From positions 288,001 to 352,000 of the forward strand of contig JBMNJT010000002.1 in assembly GCA_050951805.1 (NCBI GenBank): a DNA stretch of 64,000 nt. Reading direction: 5' to 3'. The position numbers and the translations under genes were made by a program. Under the pieces are notes generated by a model that saw nothing but the letters and a program-made list of their open reading frames with translations, was not told where the DNA came from and ran no database searches. Source of the stretch: Bacillota bacterium (GTDB taxonomy: Bacteria > Bacillota > DTU025). Of the stretch, positions 21,608 through 30,950 are shown piece after piece (positions within the stretch are counted from its first letter, which is position 1; each line of letters begins with the position of its first letter).

Positions 21608-22447
21608 TCAACGCACTCTGGCATAGTCCAGCTCCTCGAGGGCTTGATCTACAGTGAGTGGGACGGAAACGTCCCACCCTCTTTTTTTCAGGGATTCGAA
21701 GAGATCTGCCAGGACAGGGGGCTCGATCCCTGCATCCCTTAGCGCGTCGGTCTGGGCAAAAACCTCTTCTGGCGTGCCGGAAAGGGCCATCTTGCCTTGC
21801 CCTGCCAGCACATATACCCAGTCTGCTATTGCTGGAACGTAGTCGATCTCGTGGGTGGAGACGATGTATGTTATTCCGCTTTCCGCATGAAGCTGGGCGA
21901 GGAGCGAGGCCAGCTCTGTGCGGGAACGCGGATCAAGCCCAGTGAAAGGCTCGTCCATTATGAGAAGCTTAGGCTCGGTGATTAGCGCTCCGGCCAGGGC
22001 AACCTTCCTTTTTTCGCCTCCGCTCAGGTAGTGTGGCACTTTCCTCCTCAGATGCCATATCCCCAGCCTGTTGAGGATAGCCTTGCCCTTGGCCTCTATC
22101 TCATCTCGCGGCCACCCCAGTGCCCGCGGGGTAAACGTTACATCATCCCATACTGTAGGTCCGATGATTTGGTCGTCGACGTTTTGCAGAACTACGCCCA
22201 CTCGGTTGCGCATCTCCTTGAACTGCTTTGACGGGCTGAGCCCGAAGACGCTGACTTTGCCGTCGACTGGCGCAAGCAAGCCGAGGAGGTGGAATATGAG
22301 GGTTGACTTGCCGCTCCCGTTTGCCCCGAGAACTGCGACTCTCTGGCCCCTGCGGACGGAAAAGTCGAGTCCGCACAGGTCCACCTCTGTTTGGTCGGGA
22401 TAGACGTGTCTTAAGCACTTTATCTCGGCAATAATCTTATCGCTCAT
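21608..22447 (-). CDS. cbiO: ECF transporter ATPase (CbiO/NikO type)
   Basis: GANGSGKS Walker A, LQNVDDQI (ECF Q-helix), LSGGEK signature, DEPFTGLDP and STH. Confidence 0.88.
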   Translation of the reverse strand: MSDKIIAEIKCLRHVYPDQTEVDLCGLDFSVRRGQRVAVLGANGSGKSTLIFHLLGLLAPVDGKVSVFGLSPSKQFKEMRNRVGVVLQNVDDQIIGPTVWDDVTFTPRALGWPRDEIEAKGKAILNRLGIWHLRRKVPHYLSGGEKRKVALAGALITEPKLLIMDEPFTGLDPRSRTELASLLAQLHAESGITYIVSTHEIDYVPAIADWVYVLAGQGKMALSGTPEEVFAQTDALRDAGIEPPVLADLFESLKKRGWDVSVPLTVDQALEELDYARVR

Positions 22448-23148
22448 CTGTAAAGGAACACCCCCACTAGAGTAAGTGCGGAATATGCGAGCAAGGCAAA
22501 GTCCATCGCATTGGGAGGCCGATGCTCGCTTGTGGCGGAAATGCGCTGTGAATAGCCTCTAACCTGCATTACTCGGTACATTCGCTCAGTCATGTCGGCT
22601 GAATGGATCACTAGAACTCCAAGCATTTGGCCGTATGTACGAAGCTGCTGTGGAAGGGTTCCGCTGACCCCGCCCCGCAGTCGAACGGCGACCATGAGTC
22701 CTTGCAGTTCATCTACGAGGATGAAGAAAGCCCGGTAGCCCATGAATAACGCATCTGCCACGAGGCTCGGCAGGACATGGGAAATAATGGAGAAGACATC
22801 CACAAACGATGTGGTGGTGATGAGAGTCGCGGCTGTCAACCCCGCTGTGAAAGCCTTAGTCACTATGGTAATGGCGTACAACGGATTCGACCATACTGAT
22901 CCTATGGCGAAAAGTGCGGCAAAGACTACCGGGTAAATAGCAATGCGCGCCGTGTACCAGAGCGGCTGCTTTGTAGCGCATGCTAGCAGAACGACCGCCC
23001 CTGCCACGAGGCCTGCCATGGCGGGCGATGATGACGCTATTGTTGATGTGAGGAGTAAGGCCGATGCAAGAACCTTCGCCCACGGCAGGGCTGCGTGCAA
23101 AGGAGTGCGACCATTCGCTGCCAGCTCGTCGATGAATCGGATATCCAA
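22444..23148 (-). CDS. cbiQ: ECF transporter T component (CbiQ/NikQ type)
   Basis: PLH...PWAK N-terminus, TM helices, YRAF, and the AVRLRG and MQVRGY Arg motifs. Confidence 0.85.
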   Translation of the reverse strand: MDIRFIDELAANGRTPLHAALPWAKVLASALLLTSTIASSSPAMAGLVAGAVVLLACATKQPLWYTARIAIYPVVFAALFAIGSVWSNPLYAITIVTKAFTAGLTAATLITTTSFVDVFSIISHVLPSLVADALFMGYRAFFILVDELQGLMVAVRLRGGVSGTLPQQLRTYGQMLGVLVIHSADMTERMYRVMQVRGYSQRISATSEHRPPNAMDFALLAYSALTLVGVFLYR

Positions 23149-23150
23149 GT

Positions 23151-23957
23151 CTAGGCCTCCCCTGTGTGTCTGGGTTCTTCTTCGTCATCGTCGTCCCCGG
23201 GTACTGGGAGGGTGTCCATGCCGATAAGGTCTGGACGGGACTCCGAGATGAACTGGACGACAGACCCTGTAATCACTGCTTCTATGGCCCAGCCTACTAT
23301 CCCGGCTGTGTAGACGATTGTGGCAAATGTCTTGAAAGAGGCAAGACGGGTATCGCTATCTGGGCCATGCTCGTGGGAATCGTGATCTGGAAGGAGATGG
23401 TCGGCTTCATCGAATGGCTCCTCTTCTTCATGGACTGTATGGGTGTGATGGTGGTGCATCACAAGCGACGGATTGATCTCGGTGCCGGCAACTATTCCTA
23501 GCATGGCTGTGGTGGACACGGCCAAGACGATAATGGTGATGATGGCGGTTTTCACAAATGGACGGCCTTTTCGGGAACCAAACAGGCTCCATAGGAGCCA
23601 GCCGAGGGTGATCTCCAGGCCCGTTATTAGAGTATTGAGTCCGATTACTGTGATTCCGCCATGGGCACCCAATGCCAAAATCAAGTTTGTGATAAATCCT
23701 GCTATGAATCCCTCAGCGGGCCCTGCCATCATGCCAGTCAGCACCGTGAAGTTAACATGGTAGTGGAGAACTGGTATGGGAAGGCTCATCGCCAGCAACA
23801 TGACGGCGGAGAGTATCGCGATCCGGGGAACGGTGCGTGCCCGGTCTTGGCGCCTTATGGAGGACACGGCGAAAAGAAGCAGGATTGCTGTTGCCCCAAA
23901 CCCGGCCAATATCCATGGCAGTGGAAGAACCCCATCTGGAATATGTAGATGTGACAT
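23151..23957 (-). CDS. ECF S component, CbiM/NikM family, with an atypical N-terminus and a His-rich loop
   Basis: HIPDG motif, LHYHVN, AHGGITVIGLN, EAVITG...RPDL; insertion HHHHTHTVHEEEE...HDSHEH. Confidence 0.85.
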   Translation of the reverse strand: MSHLHIPDGVLPLPWILAGFGATAILLLFAVSSIRRQDRARTVPRIAILSAVMLLAMSLPIPVLHYHVNFTVLTGMMAGPAEGFIAGFITNLILALGAHGGITVIGLNTLITGLEITLGWLLWSLFGSRKGRPFVKTAIITIIVLAVSTTAMLGIVAGTEINPSLVMHHHHTHTVHEEEEPFDEADHLLPDHDSHEHGPDSDTRLASFKTFATIVYTAGIVGWAIEAVITGSVVQFISESRPDLIGMDTLPVPGDDDDEEEPRHTGEA

Positions 23958-23960
23958 CTT

Positions 23961-24536
23961 TTACTCCTCCTTGTTTGTGCCGGGTGTGGAAGCTGGAGCC
24001 GCCAGCCGGCAGGTGGCGCATTGTCCGGTCAATTTGAGCCAATGGCTGTCTATGGTGAAGCCGGTGGCTTGTTCGAGCTTGCGCGCTAACGACGAAATCT
24101 CACAGTCGCCGAACTCAACCACTCTGCCGCATCCGGTGCATATGAGGTGATGATGGTGCCCGGCGTTGCCAAGGTTCCGTTCATATCGGTCGGCGCCATC
24201 ATTGAAGTTGATCTTGCTCAGAACTCCCACATCCTTAAGAAGCTCGAGGGTGCGGTAGACTGTGACAAGGCTTATATCCGGTTGAGACCGCGTTACCGAC
24301 TCGAACACTTGTTGTGCCGTCAGATGTCCGGGGCCGTGCTCAAAGAGAAGAAGGATCAGCCTTCGTTGTTCGGTCAGCTTGCATCCGGAGTTTCGGAGTA
24401 TGCAGATGGCATTTTCATACCAGTTTTGGGCCACTGGGGTTGCAGAAAACTCTATAGGACTTTGCACAGCGGCTGCTGCCGCAGCTCCGGATGGAGCAGG
24501 TTTGACGGGTTCATCTGACCCATTCTGCGGTGCCAT
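23961..24536 (-). CDS. Fur-family metalloregulator (Zur/Nur-like)
   Basis: KLTEQR, HLTA, SLVTVYRTL, HHHHLICTGC and C-terminal GQCATC. Start set at ATG 24536 (GTG 24554 is possible). Confidence 0.9.
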   Translation of the reverse strand: MAPQNGSDEPVKPAPSGAAAAAAVQSPIEFSATPVAQNWYENAICILRNSGCKLTEQRRLILLLFEHGPGHLTAQQVFESVTRSQPDISLVTVYRTLELLKDVGVLSKINFNDGADRYERNLGNAGHHHHLICTGCGRVVEFGDCEISSLARKLEQATGFTIDSHWLKLTGQCATCRLAAPASTPGTNKEE

Positions 24537-24560
24537 CTCATCACATCCACACAAGAATCT

Positions 24561-24596
24561 AAATGAAAGTCATTTGCAATTATCTCTCACATTATA
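24561..24596 (-). promoter_or_regulatory. Fur/Zur-box-like operator and -10 element of the fur-ECF operon
   Basis: AAATGAAAGTCATTTGCAATT (24561-24581), an imperfect 7-1-7 inverted repeat, lies just downstream of a minus-strand TATAAT (24591-24596). Confidence 0.65.
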
Positions 24597-25186
24597 CTCT
24601 TCTCCCCCTGCCAAGCGCAATAGAAGATAAGCCAAGTGCAATGTCTCACCTTTGTGGTGAGTGTGCATTGATATGTAAATCCCGCAGAGCTGTTGTATTG
24701 ATACTGCGGGCAGAGGGTGCAGACGGCGCGTCGGATGCTATTGAGAATTGCTTATTGCTTCAGGAGGTATGTCTCGCGGTTGAGGTCGCTTTATCGTTGA
24801 GCCCTAAGCAGCTTATTGGCACGCGTTGAACTGCCTTTTTCGGGTGAGAGCCGGTTTATGCATTGAGCATGTCCAGGAAAACATCCGCTGGTTCGCCTCA
24901 ATGGGAGGCGACTAACGTCAGCTGCGTCTTCCGCCGGGTTTGCATGATTGTTCAATCGCGATTGCTATCCGGCGCAAGGGCTTCAGCTGTTCCGGGGAGC
25001 GCTCGAATCGCCGTTTCTCGGAGTGCGCGGGCTAGAAGGAATTGCCGGGCTCACGGAGAAAGCGTATGCGGTAACATACAGGTCTTTGTTCCCCAGAAGG
25101 TAGAATGCAACGCCTCGTGAGGGGTCGCTCCTCGCGCAGGGGTGTGGATTGGAATTGTAGGTTTTTCATGCAGGAGGTGCCATAAG

Positions 25187-26098
25187 TTGAGTGATAGAAC
25201 TGTGCAGCAAGTAGTGGAGTGTGTCCCGAATTTCTCGGAAGGCAGGCGGCCTGAGGTTGTTCGGGAGATCGTTGCGGCCATAGAGGCGGTTTCAGGGATC
25301 CGTGTGCTGGACTATTCGTCAGATACCAGCCACAATAGGACTGTTGTTACATTCGTTGGAACGCCTGAAGCCTGCGAAGAGGCGGCTTTTGCAGGCATTG
25401 CCCGCGCGTGCGACCTGATCGACATGGAAAAACATCACGGAGAACACCCCCGGCTCGGGGCGACCGATGTGGTGCCGTTCATACCTATTTCAGGTGTGAC
25501 CATGGAAGAGTGTGTCGAGATCGCGCGCCGCGTCGGACAGCGTGTTGGCGAGGAACTTGAGATACCGGTCTATCTGTATGAAGAAGCGGCCACGCGGCCC
25601 GAAAGGCGCAATTTGGCTGACGTGAGGCGCGGGGAATATGAGGGGCTCAAGGAGAGCATAGGGACTCCTGAACGCGCGCCGGATTTCGGCCCTGCGAGGG
25701 TGCACCCCACTGCAGGTGCCACTATAATCGGCGCTAGGATGCCGCTCGTAGCTTTCAACGTGAACCTGGGCACCAGCGACATAGGGATCGCGAAGAAGAT
25801 TGCCCGCGCCGTCCGCGAATCCAGCGGCGGTCTCGCCAATGTTAAGGCGCTCGGTGTTATGCTCGAGGACAGGCAGATAGCGCAAGTCTCAATGAACTTG
25901 GTGAACTACGTGAAAACTCCCATCCCCCGCGTTATGGAAATGGTGAGACGCGAGGCGGATAGATACGGGGTTTCGGTGGTCGAGAGCGAGCTCATAGGCT
26001 TAATGCCCATGGATGCTGTTCTGGATACTGCCGCCTACTATCTGCAGCTGCCTAAATTGGAGCAGAGCCAGATAATCGAGGCGCGGGTTTGGGAGTAG
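25187..26098 (+). CDS. ftcd: Glutamate formiminotransferase
   Basis: VECVPNFSEGR, HNRTV, HPRLGATDVVPF and GARMPLVAFN. Start moved to TTG 25187, after an AGGAGGTG RBS. Confidence 0.95.
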   Translation: MSDRTVQQVVECVPNFSEGRRPEVVREIVAAIEAVSGIRVLDYSSDTSHNRTVVTFVGTPEACEEAAFAGIARACDLIDMEKHHGEHPRLGATDVVPFIPISGVTMEECVEIARRVGQRVGEELEIPVYLYEEAATRPERRNLADVRRGEYEGLKESIGTPERAPDFGPARVHPTAGATIIGARMPLVAFNVNLGTSDIGIAKKIARAVRESSGGLANVKALGVMLEDRQIAQVSMNLVNYVKTPIPRVMEMVRREADRYGVSVVESELIGLMPMDAVLDTAAYYLQLPKLEQSQIIEARVWE

Positions 26099-26193
26099 GG
26101 GCGGCAGGCTTCGACTGCGCGGCCGCAAGATACGGCAGAGACTGAGTGTGCTTGGCGAACAAGGCATTGCTGAGGCAAGGAGGGCTCTTTATC

Positions 26194-27588
26194 ATGGGCA
26201 AGATGGGGGCGGGCTTTCGCCCTAGGACTGAACCATCGGACTTGTTGATCATACACGCAGCTGAACTCGGAACATGTAGGGCACGGGCTGCTTGGGACAA
26301 TGGCCGGCCGGAGCCCGGGCCTAGATTAGGCGCAGATCTTGGCTGCGCAGGAATTATAGAGGATGGAGCGATTGCTGTAAGAGACGGCGTGATTGTGGAC
26401 ATCGGTGCCACTGAAGAGGTGCTGTCGCGTGAACCGGAATGGCTAGCCCGAAGACCAAATGGAGCCGGGCAGGTGGCGGACTTTCCGGAGGCTATCCGTT
26501 CAGTGACCGAGGTTTTCGATGCAAGCGGCAGGACGGTGGTTCCTGGATTTGTGGATGCGCATACCCATCTTGTTTATGCCGGGAGTCGCTACAGGGAACA
26601 CCTGATGCGTCTTGAAGGGGCCGAGTACTTGGACATCCTTAAGGCTGGCGGCGGGATCCTTGCGACTTTGGAGGCGACTCGGAGAGCGTCCTTTGACGAA
26701 CTGCTTGAGCTTGCTTTGAAGCGGCTTGATGTAATGCTGCTCCACGGGACTACGACGGTCGAGGCAAAAAGCGGTTACGGCCTCGATCTCGACACAGAAC
26801 TGAAGCAACTGAGGGTTGCCCGTGCCGCTTGCGACGATCATCCGATAGAGATAGTCAGCACATTCATGGGGGCTCACGCCGTTCCCCCTGAGTTCACAGG
26901 CGACCCAGACGGTTACATCGATTTCATGATCGCCGAGGTCCTTCCGCAAGTTGCCGAGGGAGGGTTGGCAGAGTTCTGTGATGTCTTCTGCGAGGAAGGG
27001 GTTTTCTCAGTAGAACAGTCGAGGCGGGTGCTAATGGCAGGCCTTGCCCATGGACTCTGTCCCAAAATGCATGCTGACGAGATATACCCCATAGGCGGAG
27101 CAGAGCTTGCGGGAGAGCTTGGGGCGGCATCAGCTGACCACCTTGCCGCTGCGTCCAAAGCTGGCATGGAAAGCCTGGCTCATGCAGGGGTGGTGGCGGT
27201 GTTGTTGCCGGGCACAATGTTCACGTTGATGTCCGAGAGATACGCTAACGCCAGGGAAATGATAAACCTGGGAGTTCCTGTTGCGCTCGCCACTGACTAC
27301 AATCCCGGGACATCGCCTGTAATGTCAATGCAGTTTGTGATGACCCTTGCCTGTCTCAAGATGGGCATGACTCCCCAGGAAGCGCTATGCGCCGCCACGG
27401 CCAATGCAGCCTACGCAGTGGGAAGGGGAGGAGACGCAGGCGTCCTCCGGGTAGGGGCAGCCGCCGACTTCATAGTCTGTGATGTTCCTGCCGTAGATGC
27501 CTTGCCGTTTTCGGTTGGAGTCAACCCCGTTACTGATGTGTTCGTAGGGGGCGTGCGTGTCGTATCCGACCGTGTGCTTTCCTATTGA
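26194..27588 (+). CDS. hutI: Imidazolonepropionase
   Basis: PGFVDAHTH, GGGI, EAKSGYG, GAHA, DVFCE, HADE, ADHL and ATDYNPG. Start ATG 26194 after AAGGAGG. Confidence 0.96.
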   Translation: MGKMGAGFRPRTEPSDLLIIHAAELGTCRARAAWDNGRPEPGPRLGADLGCAGIIEDGAIAVRDGVIVDIGATEEVLSREPEWLARRPNGAGQVADFPEAIRSVTEVFDASGRTVVPGFVDAHTHLVYAGSRYREHLMRLEGAEYLDILKAGGGILATLEATRRASFDELLELALKRLDVMLLHGTTTVEAKSGYGLDLDTELKQLRVARAACDDHPIEIVSTFMGAHAVPPEFTGDPDGYIDFMIAEVLPQVAEGGLAEFCDVFCEEGVFSVEQSRRVLMAGLAHGLCPKMHADEIYPIGGAELAGELGAASADHLAAASKAGMESLAHAGVVAVLLPGTMFTLMSERYANAREMINLGVPVALATDYNPGTSPVMSMQFVMTLACLKMGMTPQEALCAATANAAYAVGRGGDAGVLRVGAAADFIVCDVPAVDALPFSVGVNPVTDVFVGGVRVVSDRVLSY

Positions 27589-27608
27589 CTTTTCTAGGAG
27601 GATGCTTT

Positions 27609-28244
27609 ATGCCATTTGGTGAGATGACTGTCCAAAGCTTTCTTGATGAACTCGCTTCGAATAGTCCTGCTCCCGGCGGAGGAAGCGCTGCCGCGGTGGC
27701 TGGGGCTATGGGCGCCGGTTTGGTGTCGATGGTTGCAGGCCTTACCGAAACCGCAGAAATGTCGGAGGAGGATGCTGAAAAGGTCAGACAGGCTGGTGCC
27801 AGAGCTCAAAAGCTTCGGACAGAGCTTTTGAGGTGCGCTGATGAAGATACTAGAGCGTTCAACGAGGTAATGGCGGCGTACAGGATGCCGCGGGGGACTG
27901 ACGAGGAAAAGCAAACTAGGCGTGAAGCGATTCAGCAGGGACTCAAGGGCGCCGTCGCTGTCCCGATGAGAACTTTGGAACTGGCAATGGAGGGTTTGGG
28001 GCTGGCAACTTACATGGCGTTTGAGGGAAACAAGAACGCTGTGAGCGATGCAGGAGTTTCGGCCCAGCTTTTCAATGCAGCTGTCCGTGGCGCCATCTTC
28101 AATGTAGAGATCAACCTATCGGGCATCAAGGATGCGGATTTTGTCTCTGAGGCCCGAGCCAAAGTCGCCTCGTACGACCTCGAACGGGAAAGATTGAGGA
28201 AAGAGTCTTTAGACGCTGTTTTAGGCAGACTTGGGGGGAACTGA
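27609..28244 (+). CDS. Formiminotetrahydrofolate cyclodeaminase/cyclohydrolase family protein
   Basis: FLDELASNSPAPGGGS, EDTRAF, GNKNAVSD and NVEINL; lies in the hut cluster. Confidence 0.92.
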   Translation: MPFGEMTVQSFLDELASNSPAPGGGSAAAVAGAMGAGLVSMVAGLTETAEMSEEDAEKVRQAGARAQKLRTELLRCADEDTRAFNEVMAAYRMPRGTDEEKQTRREAIQQGLKGAVAVPMRTLELAMEGLGLATYMAFEGNKNAVSDAGVSAQLFNAAVRGAIFNVEINLSGIKDADFVSEARAKVASYDLERERLRKESLDAVLGRLGGN

Positions 28245-28458
28245 AAACCACTCAAGGACGTCGATGTAGAGAGGGGCTGTGGCTAGGCGAGGATCGGCCT
28301 TGCCTGAATGGATAAGTTTTACAGGCTAAAGCCGAAGCGTGGGGCGGGAGCAAGTTGGCAAGGCATATGGATCAGCCTGTGATTAGTTTGGCATGGTGGC
28401 GCTTGCCTTGTAGCTTGGATCGGGCGAGCACATTTATGACTATGGAGGACTGCAGCTG

Positions 28459-29766
28459 ATGAACACAGACATGGACAACGTAGATAACGAGCAGAATTGT
28501 GGATCGGATTGGCCTGTCCGGTGCGGGACCGGGTGCAATCATGATGTGCGGGTGGCTGTGCTGCCCTGTAAGGAAGATGTGGAAGCGGAGCTTCTTAAGA
28601 TGGGTGCAAGCCCGGCCGGCATCGAGATCATGGCCGAAAAAGGCGTTTTTCGGACGGTGATATTGCGTAACGTGCCGATCAAGGCTGCTCTGATAATCAA
28701 GCAAGAAATGTTGGCTAAGGGCGGCGAAGCTGCACTCCCGCATTCCGCCATAGGTTTGTGTGCCGACTCATGCGATATTCTTTTGATGGGCACATTGAGG
28801 CAGTATGAGCGCGTTATTCATACCCTAGCTCTGCAGCCGTTTGGGCTTTTAGGCATTGCACGGGAGATCCAGTGCGCGTTGGCGAGCTATGATGGGAGGC
28901 CAGAATCTATCTGCATCGGAGGAAGGACATTCCTTTACGGAGAAAGAACATACATAATGGGCATCCTTAACGTCACTCCCGACTCTTTCTCTGATGGCGG
29001 AGCGTACACTACAGCCGATTCCGCATTCGAACATGCTATGGAGATGCTTGAGGCCGGCGCCGACATAATCGACATCGGCGGAGAGTCGACCAAGCCGGGC
29101 GTAGATCCCCTGCCCCTGGACGAGGAACTTGAAAGGGTGCTTCCTATCGTAAAGAGGCTTGCATCCCAAACAGATGCAGTTATTTCGATTGATACATACA
29201 AGGCCGAAGTGGCAGAGCGCTGCCTAGACCTCGGCGCGCACATCATCAACGACGTGTCCGCTCTCCGAGGAGAGGGTGACATGGCGTCGGTAGTCTCGCG
29301 TTATAATGCCCCTGTAGTGCTGATGCACTCAAAGGGGCGTCCCACACATATGCAGGCAGATCCCACGTATGAGTGCGTGGTCCGCGAAGTATACAGTTTC
29401 CTTGCCGAGCGGATGGAGTACGCGTGTGAACGTGGCGTTTCGCCCTGTAACATAATTCTAGATCCCGGAATAGGCTTTGGTAAGACCCCGCAGCATAATC
29501 TCGAGTTAATGCGACGTCTGGCGGAATTTAAGAGTCTGGGCAGACCCATTTTGGTGGGCACATCCAGAAAGTCCACCATAGGAAAGGTGTTGCACAAGCC
29601 TGTGTCAGATAGGGTTTGGGGCACGGCTGCCACAGTCGCCACGGCCATTATGTCCGGAGCGGATATTGTGAGAGTCCATGATGTGAGGGAGATGGCTATG
29701 GTTGCGCAGATGACTGACGCAATATGCAGGGGATGGCGCGGAGAGGAGGACGGCCATGAGAGCTGA
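28459..29766 (+). CDS. folP: Dihydropteroate synthase with an N-terminal extra domain
   Basis: MGILNVTPDSFSDGG, IDIGGEST, SIDTYK, DPGIGFGK, GTSRKS and RVHDV; N-terminal domain with KQEMLAKGGEAA and QPFGL. Confidence 0.95.
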   Translation: MNTDMDNVDNEQNCGSDWPVRCGTGCNHDVRVAVLPCKEDVEAELLKMGASPAGIEIMAEKGVFRTVILRNVPIKAALIIKQEMLAKGGEAALPHSAIGLCADSCDILLMGTLRQYERVIHTLALQPFGLLGIAREIQCALASYDGRPESICIGGRTFLYGERTYIMGILNVTPDSFSDGGAYTTADSAFEHAMEMLEAGADIIDIGGESTKPGVDPLPLDEELERVLPIVKRLASQTDAVISIDTYKAEVAERCLDLGAHIINDVSALRGEGDMASVVSRYNAPVVLMHSKGRPTHMQADPTYECVVREVYSFLAERMEYACERGVSPCNIILDPGIGFGKTPQHNLELMRRLAEFKSLGRPILVGTSRKSTIGKVLHKPVSDRVWGTAATVATAIMSGADIVRVHDVREMAMVAQMTDAICRGWRGEEDGHES

Positions 29767-30172
29767 TAGGATTACCCTGAAGAACCTGGTGTTCTATGCT
29801 TACCATGGTGTTTTCGCGGCAGAGAAGGAGCTGGGACAGAAATTCGAGGTAGACGTGGATATGAGAGGGGATTTCCAGGCAGCTGCTCGTGTTGACGACA
29901 TTGACATGGCTGTGAACTATGCGGACGTGTACGCTACAGTGAAAGACCTCGTGGAGGAACGGGATTTCGACCTCATCGAGGCGCTTGCCCTGAACATCGC
30001 AGATGAGGTGTTGTCAGGCTATGAGGTTGAAGAGGTAACAGTAAGAGTACGCAAGCCGAGTGCCCCGATAGGCGGCCCAGCCGACTATGTGGAGTGTGAA
30101 ATCACCAGATCTAGGTCAGACATGGCGCCGCTCGGAGAGGAAGATGATGGCCTGGATGATCCCGCACTTTAG
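29756..30172 (+). CDS. folB: Dihydroneopterin aldolase
   Basis: AYHGV..AEK.LGQ.F, VNYADV, LIEALA and KPSAPI. Confidence 0.95.
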   Translation: MRADRITLKNLVFYAYHGVFAAEKELGQKFEVDVDMRGDFQAAARVDDIDMAVNYADVYATVKDLVEERDFDLIEALALNIADEVLSGYEVEEVTVRVRKPSAPIGGPADYVECEITRSRSDMAPLGEEDDGLDDPAL

Positions 30173-30950
30173 GATCGAGCGGCTCGATGAGGTTGATTCC
30201 ACAAACTCGTATGCAAGGGCACTGGCTGAAGCCGGAGCGCCCGACGGAACAGTCGTGGTTGCCGAAAGGCAGACGGCCGGCAGGGGAAGGCTGGGAAGAG
30301 AGTGGCATTCATCGGGCGACTTCGGCCTGTGGTTTTCTTTGCTTCTGAGGCCCGAATTTGAACCCCAATTTGCGGGAATGCTTGGAATCGCCGCAGGAGT
30401 GGCTGTTGTGCAGAGCATGCGCTCGCTGGTAGGCGCTAGAGCCGTCTTGAAATGGCCGAATGACGTCCTCATAGACGGCCGCAAAGTATGCGGAATACTC
30501 TCCGAAGGTCGCACGGTTGGGCAGAAGCTCGAGTGGGCATTGATTGGAGTTGGGATCAATGTTACTGCTCCGGAGGGCGGGTTTCCATCCGAGCTAGAGG
30601 ATGTTGCTACTTCATTGGCCCAGCATTGCGCCGCTGATATCGGTGCTCCAGCACCGGACAAGGAAGCGCTTCTCGACTCTGTCCTCAGCCAGTTCGGGGC
30701 GAGGTATGCCATGTTAAGCAGCGGAAACGTTCGTGCAGTCCGCGATGAAGCGGAAGAGCTAATGAGATCTTTTTTGAACCGCAGGGTCACCATAAGGGGT
30801 CAGTCCGGCACCATGGAAGTCAGAACGTTGGATCTTTCTGAGGATGGCGCGCTCCTGGTTGAACTGGACGGGGGAGAAGTTGCGAAGATAACGGCGGCGG
30901 ATGTGTCGATCGGAACCCGCGCCTGTGCCCGAGGTGAACTCGATGCATAA
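30144..30950 (+). CDS. birA: Biotin protein ligase without a DNA-binding HTH (group I BirA)
   Basis: DSTN, QTAGRGRLGREW, KWPND, KVCGIL and GVGIN; no N-terminal HTH. Confidence 0.93.
   Translation: MMAWMIPHFRIERLDEVDSTNSYARALAEAGAPDGTVVVAERQTAGRGRLGREWHSSGDFGLWFSLLLRPEFEPQFAGMLGIAAGVAVVQSMRSLVGARAVLKWPNDVLIDGRKVCGILSEGRTVGQKLEWALIGVGINVTAPEGGFPSELEDVATSLAQHCAADIGAPAPDKEALLDSVLSQFGARYAMLSSGNVRAVRDEAEELMRSFLNRRVTIRGQSGTMEVRTLDLSEDGALLVELDGGEVAKITAADVSIGTRACARGELDA

Noticed and set aside
24537-25186. Cobalamin or NiCo riboswitch for the ECF operon
   Set aside because: No B12-box motifs (GGGAA, GCCACTG, AGYCAG) in the right order. The -10 and Fur-type box sit right next to the gene, leaving no room for a long leader.
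28245-28458. THF or ZTP riboswitch before folP
   Set aside because: I could not find the conserved aptamer sequences by eye.
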